The translations under genes were made by a program, and so were the position numbers. Below are positions 25,704-33,231 of a stretch of 33,231 nt of DNA, in pieces (the first letter of the stretch is position 1; the number at the start of each line of letters is the position of its first letter). Under the pieces are notes generated by a model. The model worked only from the letters and a program-made list of their open reading frames with translations, was not told the DNA's origin and did not search any database. The stretch comes from Candidatus Nealsonbacteria bacterium (lineage in GTDB: Bacteria; Patescibacteriota; Minisyncoccia; Minisyncoccales; PWPS01), in the NCBI GenBank assembly GCA_003561025.1, contig PWII01000060.1, forward strand, positions 1 through 33,231, in the 5' to 3' direction.

Positions 25704-26321
25704 TTAGCTCATTATCTCTTTAAGTTTGAGGATAACAGTCCTGTCAAAGCGCTCTCTCTCTTCTAATTTTTGAGATATATATTTTCTCACTCTCATCATT
25801 TCCGGGATATAGACATGCTCTAAAGAGTTGACTCTTCTTCTCGTCTTTTCAATTTCTTCAGCTAATAGACGAATTTTAATTGTTAGATTTGCGTAGTTAA
25901 TTAAATTATTACGAATTGCAGATATATCTTCTTTTGAGCGATACAGATCGCTATCAACAGAATGTAGAGATATCTTACTCTCTTCTAGCTTTTCTCTGTT
26001 TACTACATTCCCCTCTCTAATCTGGACGCCCATTATGTTCCTAAAAGTGAGATTGACATCAGCAAGAGGAAGATGACTAATTAGGTTTTCTGTCTCTTCT
26101 TGTCCGGCTCTGCTTGCAGAAAGAAAAAAATGATAAAATGCGGGCGATATCTTTTCTCCTAGGCCTTCTCTAAGTTTTTGGAGCTCTCTAATGTTTCCGA
26201 GAAATTCTTGCATTAATCCATCAAGCTTCTCTTTAAGAAGATCATGACCGGACTGAGCTGTCTTTAATCTCTTCTTAATCTTTAGAAGTTCTTGTCTTGT
26301 CGGATTAACTTTTAGTTTCAT
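25704..26321 (-). CDS. atpD: V/A-type ATP synthase subunit D
   Basis: [37 protein letters not shown]-terminus, coiled-coil character, and the last position in the operon. Confidence 0.9.
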   Translation of the reverse strand: MKLKVNPTRQELLKIKKRLKTAQSGHDLLKEKLDGLMQEFLGNIRELQKLREGLGEKISPAFYHFFLSASRAGQEETENLISHLPLADVNLTFRNIMGVQIREGNVVNREKLEESKISLHSVDSDLYRSKEDISAIRNNLINYANLTIKIRLLAEEIEKTRRRVNSLEHVYIPEMMRVRKYISQKLEERERFDRTVILKLKEIMS

Positions 26322-27684
26322 TTTGTTCTTTGTTTAGGTATTTTTCCATATCTTCTTCTTTGACTCTCTTTAATTCTTCTTTTGGTAAAATTGAAAGTAA
26401 CTCCCATCCCAGCATTAAGGTTTCTTCAATCTCTCTGTTTTCATACAGGTCTTGAGTTAAGAATTTTTCTTCAAATTTTTCAGCAAAACGGAGATATGCT
26501 CTGTCTGTTTCAGATAGAGATGATTCCCCTAAGATTACCGTTAACTCTTTTATCTCCTGTCCACGAGCATACGATGCAAAAAGCTGATTTGCAAGCCCCG
26601 GGTGATCTTTTCTTGTTTTCTTGTCGCCTATCCCCTTGTCTCTTAATCGTGAAAGGCTTGGCAAGACATCTATTGGTGGATAAATTCCTTGTTGGTAAAG
26701 TGTTCTTGAAAGCATAATCTGTCCTTCTGTAATGTATCCGGTAAGATCAGGGATAGGATGAGTCTTGTCGTCTTCCGGCATAGTAAGAATCGGAATTTGT
26801 GTCACGGAACCCTTTTTGCCTTGAATTAGACCTGCACGTTCATATATTGATGCAAGATCTGTATAGAGATAGCCCGGATAACCTCTTCTGCCGGGCACCT
26901 CTTTTCTCGCTGCAGAAACTTCTCTTAGAGCCTCACAGTAGTTAGTCATATCGGTTAAGATTACGAGCACATGATAGTCTTTTTCAAATGCGAGATATTC
27001 GGCTGCCGTTAGTGCAAGTCTAGGGAGAGTAATTCGTTCTATTACAGGATCTGCCGCAGTATTTATAAAGAGAGTCGATCTTGATAGTGCACCTGTCTTT
27101 TTGAATTCTTCAATAAAAAATCTTGACTCTTCAAAAGTAATACCCATTGCACCAAATACAATACTAAAATTACCGGCAATTTTAGCTTGTCTTGCAATCT
27201 GGGTTGCCAGTAATGAATGTGGAAGGCCTGATGCCGAAAATATGGGAAGTTTTTGTCCTCGCACAAGAGTGTTTAGTGCATCGATTGATGAAATACCTGT
27301 CTGAATAAAGTTGTCTGGATACTCTCTACAGTAGGGATTAATCGGACTACCGTTAATATCAAGATTTTTTTCTAATATCGGGTAGGGATGTCCATCAAGA
27401 GGTTTTGCCGACCCATCAAAAACTCTTCCAAGCATCTCTTCTGATGCTTCCAGTGTCATTGTTTTTCCTAAAAAAGATACCTTTGAAGATTCGGGAGTAA
27501 GACCTCTTGTCTCTTCAAACATCTGTACCAGCGCTTTACCGGCACTTGCCTCTAAAACCCTTCCAACTCTTTTTGAATTATCGGGCAGTTCAACTTCTAC
27601 CAATTCTTCGTATTTTGCATTGGATACTCCTTCTACAACAATCAAAGAACCGGCAATCTCTTTTATTCCTTTGTATTTTAGCAT
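26305..27684 (-). CDS. atpB: V/A-type ATP synthase subunit B
   Basis: 459 aa, non-catalytic alpha/beta-fold subunit ([28 protein letters not shown]). Lies between the A and D genes. Confidence 0.95.
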   Translation of the reverse strand: MLKYKGIKEIAGSLIVVEGVSNAKYEELVEVELPDNSKRVGRVLEASAGKALVQMFEETRGLTPESSKVSFLGKTMTLEASEEMLGRVFDGSAKPLDGHPYPILEKNLDINGSPINPYCREYPDNFIQTGISSIDALNTLVRGQKLPIFSASGLPHSLLATQIARQAKIAGNFSIVFGAMGITFEESRFFIEEFKKTGALSRSTLFINTAADPVIERITLPRLALTAAEYLAFEKDYHVLVILTDMTNYCEALREVSAARKEVPGRRGYPGYLYTDLASIYERAGLIQGKKGSVTQIPILTMPEDDKTHPIPDLTGYITEGQIMLSRTLYQQGIYPPIDVLPSLSRLRDKGIGDKKTRKDHPGLANQLFASYARGQEIKELTVILGESSLSETDRAYLRFAEKFEEKFLTQDLYENREIEETLMLGWELLSILPKEELKRVKEEDMEKYLNKEQNETKS

Positions 27685-27685
27685 A

Positions 27686-29392
27686 TTACTTTATATCATC
27701 TTCATTTATAAACTTCGCTTTTGCAAGCTCCGCCTTTTCTGGAAGATTTAAGACATTATCGATACTCTCGTCGGAACTTAGAAGCTCTTGACCTTTTTTA
27801 TAAAAAGAGATAATCATTTCAAGCATCTTCTTTTGTTTTCTGAAGGATGTGAATGTATCTGCATTATCAAAAGCGTTTTGCATCAAAAAGTCTTCACGAA
27901 TAGCTCTTGCCGTCTCCATAATTAATTTATCTCTACTCGAAAGAGATTCAAATCCGATAAGACGAACAATCTCCTCAAGCCTTGATTCCTCATTTAATAT
28001 TCTCATCGCATCTTCTCTCTCCTGTAAAAATCCATCTCCTCCTTTTTCTTCAAAATAGTCTTTGAGGTTGTCCATATAGAGAGAATAGCTATTTAGCCAA
28101 TTAATTGCCGGGAAGTGTCTTGCGTATGCCAATCTATCCTCTAAGCTCCAGAAAACCTTTACGGTTCTTAGGGTATTTTGTGTAACAGGCTCAGAAAGAT
28201 CTCCTCCGGGAGGAGAAACAGAACCAATTACGGTAAGTGAACCTTCACGGTCTTTTGATCCTAAGCACTTAACATATCCGGCTCTTTCATAAAATGATGC
28301 AGTTCTTGATCCAAGATAGGCCGGATATCCCTCTTCTCCCGGCATCTCTTCAAGGCGAGCGGAGATCTCTCTTAATGCCTCTGCCCATCGTGATGTAGAA
28401 TCGGCCATAAGAGCGACATTATATCCCATGTCTCTAAAATATTCGGCAATTGTTATCCCGGTATACACAGAAGCTTCTCTTGCCGCTACCGGCATATTGG
28501 ATGTATTTGCGATGAGCACGGTTCTTTCAAGAAGTGGACGGCCTGTTTTTGGATCCTTAAGTTCTGGAAACTCCTTCAAGACATCGGTCATCTCGTTTCC
28601 TCTTTCACCACAACCGACAAAGATAATAATATCTGCATCAGCCCACTTGGCAATTTGATGTAATACGACTGTTTTTCCACTTCCAAATGGTCCGGGAACG
28701 GCTGCTGTACCACCCTTGGTAACCGGGAAGAAGGTGTCAATTACTCTTTGTCCTGTGACAAGGAGGTCTTTGGGAACAATCTTTTGACTAAAAGGTCTCT
28801 TTTCTCTAATTGGCCACTTTTGAGTCATCTTAATTTCTTCTATCTTTCCATCTTTGCTCTTTATCTCTGCAACGGTATCCTTAATTGTTAAATCACCCTC
28901 TTTAATTGAGACAACCTCTCCCCCACTACTACTTGGAGGAAGCATTATCTTGTGCATTATCGACATCTCTTTGACCTCACCGACAAGATCACCTTTCTCC
29001 AGATAATCTCCCTTTTTGACAAGCGGAGAAAAGTGCCATTTTTTTGACTCATCTAATGATGGAACATTAATTCCTCTCGTAATAAAGTCGCCAGAGTTTT
29101 TAAACAAGTCTTTAAGTGGTCTTTGAATTCCGTCATAAATACCGCTCATTAAACCCGGACCGAGTTCAACCGATAATTGGTAACCGGTCTTATGAACTGG
29201 CTCACCGGGACCGATGCCCGATGTCTCTTCATAAACTTGAATGGAGGCTATACCATCACGCATCTCAATAATTTCACCCATAAGTTCTAGTCTGGAAACT
29301 TTGACAACTTCGTATATGCTTGCCCCCTCCATATTTTTAGCAACTACAAGTGGTCCAGATACCTTAATTATTTCTCCTTGACTTTGTTTCAT
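27686..29392 (-). CDS. atpA: V/A-type ATP synthase catalytic subunit A
   Basis: Walker [26 protein letters not shown], and the non-homologous insert typical of A subunits. Length 568 aa. Confidence 0.97.
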   Translation of the reverse strand: MKQSQGEIIKVSGPLVVAKNMEGASIYEVVKVSRLELMGEIIEMRDGIASIQVYEETSGIGPGEPVHKTGYQLSVELGPGLMSGIYDGIQRPLKDLFKNSGDFITRGINVPSLDESKKWHFSPLVKKGDYLEKGDLVGEVKEMSIMHKIMLPPSSSGGEVVSIKEGDLTIKDTVAEIKSKDGKIEEIKMTQKWPIREKRPFSQKIVPKDLLVTGQRVIDTFFPVTKGGTAAVPGPFGSGKTVVLHQIAKWADADIIIFVGCGERGNEMTDVLKEFPELKDPKTGRPLLERTVLIANTSNMPVAAREASVYTGITIAEYFRDMGYNVALMADSTSRWAEALREISARLEEMPGEEGYPAYLGSRTASFYERAGYVKCLGSKDREGSLTVIGSVSPPGGDLSEPVTQNTLRTVKVFWSLEDRLAYARHFPAINWLNSYSLYMDNLKDYFEEKGGDGFLQEREDAMRILNEESRLEEIVRLIGFESLSSRDKLIMETARAIREDFLMQNAFDNADTFTSFRKQKKMLEMIISFYKKGQELLSSDESIDNVLNLPEKAELAKAKFINEDDIK

Positions 29393-29417
29393 TTTAATAA
29401 TTTTAATTAATATCTTT

Positions 29418-29714
29418 TTATGATTTTACTGATAAATCAATTTCACCTCCGATCGCTTTTGTAATTTCTCTTTTTAATTCTTCAGGGTCATCTTTTTTTA
29501 CAATTCCAGGAATAATTACAACATTATCAAAATTAAGATCTTTTGGCGCGATATCCTGCGAGACAAAAATTAATGCATATTCTTGGCCATCTAATTTTTT
29601 AATTAGATCAAAGACCTCTTCATTTGACGATACACCGTAGCATTCAAGACCGGCAAACCTCATCGCATTACTATATTCAATTGGCCCAATAAATGCCATC
29701 TTTTTTTCTGTCAT
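29418..29714 (-). CDS. atpF: V/A-type ATP synthase subunit F
   Basis: 98 aa, [24 protein letters not shown]...[10 protein letters not shown]. Immediately upstream of subunit A. Confidence 0.85.
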   Translation of the reverse strand: MTEKKMAFIGPIEYSNAMRFAGLECYGVSSNEEVFDLIKKLDGQEYALIFVSQDIAPKDLNFDNVVIIPGIVKKDDPEELKREITKAIGGEIDLSVKS

Positions 29715-30445
29715 GATGCTATAGGACTATTAATTATATTTTGAATTTTAGATGTCTCCATACCGAGCTTTTTGCTCGCAAAAATTCTTCTAATTGCTTC
29801 TTCTGCTCGTCTCTTTTTAATAAGAAAAGCTAAAAGAGGAACAATACCGGCTATTTCAGATTTACTCTTTTCAATTAAGCCATCTTCTAATTTAAAGATA
29901 GCTTCATCCCTCTTTCTTAGGTTTTTCGGATTTGACTTTTTAACTATTTCATATGCATCGACAAAGAACGGAAGGGCATTATTCTCTCCACTTCTTTTAC
30001 AAAAATCTATTGCTCTTTTGTAATAGGTATTTGTAAGAAAGAGGTCAATCTCAAATGCATTACTAAAATTTCTGTTTTTTGCTTCTTTTATTAAGTCAAG
30101 ATATTGCTTAATAAGTGAATTCTCTTTTTCAGCCTTATAAAAGATAATCTCTTTAAGTTCTTTTGTTAGTAAGATTAAATCATCCTTAAGGAAGATAAAA
30201 TCGAGAGTCTCTTTGTCAAGTCCCATTACTTCAAGTGATTTTCTTAAATCTCTTCTTTCATCCTTAATAATTTCCTCAATCTCATTATAGCTTTTCCCTG
30301 AAATAAAAGGAGCATAATCGGTGTCATTTAAGACCTTAAAGCTTTCTTCTATTTTTACTGCCCCAATCATTCGTTCCAGATCGATTCTATCTGCTAATTT
30401 TTTCTCTCTCGCCCTCAGAAAGGATATAAAAAAAAGATTTTTCAT
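29711..30445 (-). CDS. atpC: V/A-type ATP synthase subunit C (d-type), short form
   Basis: All-helical 244-aa protein in the E-C-F slot of the operon. The N-terminus (FLRAREKKL...ERM) resembles subunit C. It is shorter than the roughly 320 aa I expect. Confidence 0.7.
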   Translation of the reverse strand: MKNLFFISFLRAREKKLADRIDLERMIGAVKIEESFKVLNDTDYAPFISGKSYNEIEEIIKDERRDLRKSLEVMGLDKETLDFIFLKDDLILLTKELKEIIFYKAEKENSLIKQYLDLIKEAKNRNFSNAFEIDLFLTNTYYKRAIDFCKRSGENNALPFFVDAYEIVKKSNPKNLRKRDEAIFKLEDGLIEKSKSEIAGIVPLLAFLIKKRRAEEAIRRIFASKKLGMETSKIQNIINSPIAS

Positions 30446-30447
30446 AT

Positions 30448-31017
30448 TTAAGAACTAAATAGTATATTTGCAAAATAATCTTTTTCATCTTCAATTTTTT
30501 GTTCGACAATTCCACTCAGCGTTACTTCAAGCAGAAACTTTGGACCCTCAATAATAAATCCGTCCTCAAAAACGAGCGTGTCCTCTTCTCTTATTTTTCC
30601 GTTTATCTTTTGAAGGATTTCGGAAAAATAATCTTGCTTTTTTGGAGGAACCTTTATTATAAGATCCTCTTCTCCTATATCGATACTTTCAATCTCTCTC
30701 AAATATATCTCTTTTTTTTCTTTATCGGAAAGACTAAAAGCGCCACCTTTTGCTTTCTTAATCGCTAAAGAAAAAAGATTCTTTTTTCTGTCTAGCAATC
30801 TCATTCGCGCATTGAATTTTTCTTTATCCTTGCACTCTGAAAGCAATCTATCTTTCTCTTTTTCCAACACTTCTTCTTCCTTTTCTGTCAAAGACTTTAT
30901 CTCGGCCTCTCCTTCTTCTCTTATCTTGTCAAGTATCAATTCATACTCTTTTCTAATCTCCTTTTTCTCTTTTTCTCCTTCTTTTTTGATTTCCTGTAAA
31001 AGTTTTTCTATTTCCAT
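30448..31017 (-). CDS. atpE: V/A-type ATP synthase subunit E (peripheral stalk)
   Basis: 189 aa with a K/E-rich N-terminal coiled coil and a globular C-terminal domain. Its start abuts the subunit K stop. Confidence 0.75.
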   Translation of the reverse strand: MEIEKLLQEIKKEGEKEKKEIRKEYELILDKIREEGEAEIKSLTEKEEEVLEKEKDRLLSECKDKEKFNARMRLLDRKKNLFSLAIKKAKGGAFSLSDKEKKEIYLREIESIDIGEEDLIIKVPPKKQDYFSEILQKINGKIREEDTLVFEDGFIIEGPKFLLEVTLSGIVEQKIEDEKDYFANILFSS

Positions 31018-31503
<486 letters not shown>

Positions 31504-33231
31504 TTAATTGTTAATAACTTTTATAAAGCGACCTTTCTTTGTGAATGGTTTAAAATATTTACCCCCTCCCTCCATAAATTTGGAAAAAAACTCTACAAAT
31601 TGAAGTCTTGCGGAATGGATAAATGCGCCAAGAGCATTAATGAGCAGATTTCCTACATGTCCAACAATAAGCACAATACCCGCTATAAGCCAGTTGAGAC
31701 CGGGAACAGGAATCATCTCCATAACTAGAACGGCTATCATATTTATAACAGCTGCAATAATTCCGGTTGCAAGCCCGAGTGCCAAGATTCTTGAATATGA
31801 GAGGATGTCACTAAAATAACCAACCAGCCCATAAATTGCCCCAAAACCTTTTCCAACTTTTAATAAAATATTTGCTTCTACTGATGCAAAGATAGCAAGA
31901 AGTAGCATAAAAATTAATCCAGAAATAGCAAACGCATAACTACCTGTAATAAGTGTCATTACGACTCCTATAAAAAATACGATAGAGGATCCATTGCTAC
32001 TTATCCCCTCTCTTATATTCTTATTTTTAATTTTCCAGATAAGCCCAATCAGGAGACCGACAAAGATTTGAAAAAATCCAAGCATCAAAACAAACTGAAG
32101 AGTTCCAATAGGGTCATTAATCGGATCTGCAACTCTTAGAGACTTGGCAATATCGGTTCCAAACACTGTTCCAGCAAAGATTCCCGCAATTGTGGTTAAT
32201 AGCCCTCCAAAAATAAATAGATTAAAAAAATTATCTACATCACCACCTTTGAACATTCTTTTTGCAAGAAAAGAGAGTGCAATTAAAAGCACTCCATAAC
32301 CGGAATCGGATAAGGCGAGGGCAAAGAAAAATATAAAAAATGGTGCAAGATATATAGTTGGATCTAACTCATCTTCTTTTGGAAGTCCGTAAACACCCGT
32401 GACTATTCCAAAACTTTTCCCAATTCCTCTGTTTTCCAATATAACAGGAGGATTATCATCTTCTTCTAGTGGCAATTCATTTAGCAGATAGAATGGAGAA
32501 ATTGCCTCTATCTCTTTTTTCGCCTTTTCTATCTTATTTTCTGCAATCCATGCCTTGATGCTGAAATAATTTTTAGTACTCTCCCCTTCTTCAAAAAATT
32601 CTTCTTTTTCAATTTGCCAGGAGAGCCAATCAGAAAGTGCCTCCATCTTAGGAACAAAGAAAAGAATTTTTTGTACTTCCTTTTTTTGTATATCAATCTC
32701 TGGATCTATCTCGCTAAGCTCTTTTTTCCTCTCTTCAATTGCTGTTTCTGGGTTTTTTTCCCAAAAAACCTCCTCTTCTCTTGCGGAATACTTTTTGAGA
32801 TAATTTATAAAAGTCTGTGCCTCTTTCTTAGGGTAAAAGATAGCAAAGTAAAAATTAACTAAATCGGTCTCACCCTCCTCTATAAAATAATTATTTTTCT
32901 TTGGAAGATTATTTAGAAATTCTTCTTTTTCCTTTATTTTTATCGATCCAGCAAAAAAAGATACTTTATTTAGAGCATTGTCTTTGAATATTGATGTCTT
33001 TTCAAATCTTTGTATTGCAGTAATCTCTTCCAATAGATTATTTTTTCTTGTATTTAATCTGTTTAATTTTTCTTCAATCTTTGAGCACTTTTTAATGATT
33101 TTATCAACATATGATGAGGTCGCTATCTCTTCAAGTTCGGTTTGCTTAAAATTATTTTTTATTGGGACAAAGCTATATAAGAGATTTTTTATAAAATTTT
33201 CCGTTGGTTTGAATTCTTCAAGAAAGGACAA
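31504..33231 (-). CDS. atpI: V/A-type ATP synthase subunit I (a-type), 5' end outside window
   Basis: A soluble coiled-coil N-terminal half and a C-terminal multi-TM half with YSRILALGLATGIIA and the conserved Arg context HSARLQFVEFFSKF. The frame is open to the window edge; the first in-window codon is TTG. Confidence 0.9.
   Translation of the reverse strand: MSFLEEFKPTENFIKNLLYSFVPIKNNFKQTELEEIATSSYVDKIIKKCSKIEEKLNRLNTRKNNLLEEITAIQRFEKTSIFKDNALNKVSFFAGSIKIKEKEEFLNNLPKKNNYFIEEGETDLVNFYFAIFYPKKEAQTFINYLKKYSAREEEVFWEKNPETAIEERKKELSEIDPEIDIQKKEVQKILFFVPKMEALSDWLSWQIEKEEFFEEGESTKNYFSIKAWIAENKIEKAKKEIEAISPFYLLNELPLEEDDNPPVILENRGIGKSFGIVTGVYGLPKEDELDPTIYLAPFFIFFFALALSDSGYGVLLIALSFLAKRMFKGGDVDNFFNLFIFGGLLTTIAGIFAGTVFGTDIAKSLRVADPINDPIGTLQFVLMLGFFQIFVGLLIGLIWKIKNKNIREGISSNGSSIVFFIGVVMTLITGSYAFAISGLIFMLLLAIFASVEANILLKVGKGFGAIYGLVGYFSDILSYSRILALGLATGIIAAVINMIAVLVMEMIPVPGLNWLIAGIVLIVGHVGNLLINALGAFIHSARLQFVEFFSKFMEGGGKYFKPFTKKGRFIKVINN

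Overview
AT-rich, very gene-dense bacterial chromosomal segment. There are many 4-26 nt gene overlaps and most gaps are under about 60 nt. Standard genetic code applies, since TGA serves as a stop at 3170-3172 and 29711-29713. The K/E/I-rich proteins, compaction and gene content fit a small-genome Patescibacteria/CPR-like bacterium, but that is inference only.

Left part (to about 19.4 kb), mostly + strand:
- MscS channel
- a Kef-type antiporter fusion
- pgeF and galU
- a minus-strand trio: a 92-aa orphan, a recombinase-core-binding-domain protein without catalytic domain, and fmt
- thpR and murC
- a membrane-anchored poly-Glu protein
- tig, an orphan CheY-like receiver and a D-Ala-D-Ala carboxypeptidase
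- mraY-murD-ftsW-murG, gltX overlapping the murG end, then a 393-nt non-coding gap and a Xer-family recombinase

Right part, all minus strand except rpmA:
- pyrG and rplI
- an S41 C-terminal protease
- the AmmeMemoRadiSam trio (AMMECR1, a Memo/LigB-like protein, a radical SAM enzyme)
- a V/A-type ATPase operon in the order I-K-E-C-F-A-B-D, with subunit I running off the window

I found no rRNA, tRNA, CRISPR array or transposase by eye. I do not see an unambiguous new multi-gene system.

The best leads are:
1. The long non-coding region, dif-like site and GC-rich hairpin around the Xer gene, at a convergent strand switch that may be the replication terminus.
2. The AmmeMemoRadiSam cassette with an atypical B component, a repeated operator-like motif and linkage to a V-ATPase carrying the Na+-binding signature.
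3. The catalytic-domain-less recombinase-like gene pair upstream of fmt.
4. The CPA2-RCK-SpoIIM triple fusion.
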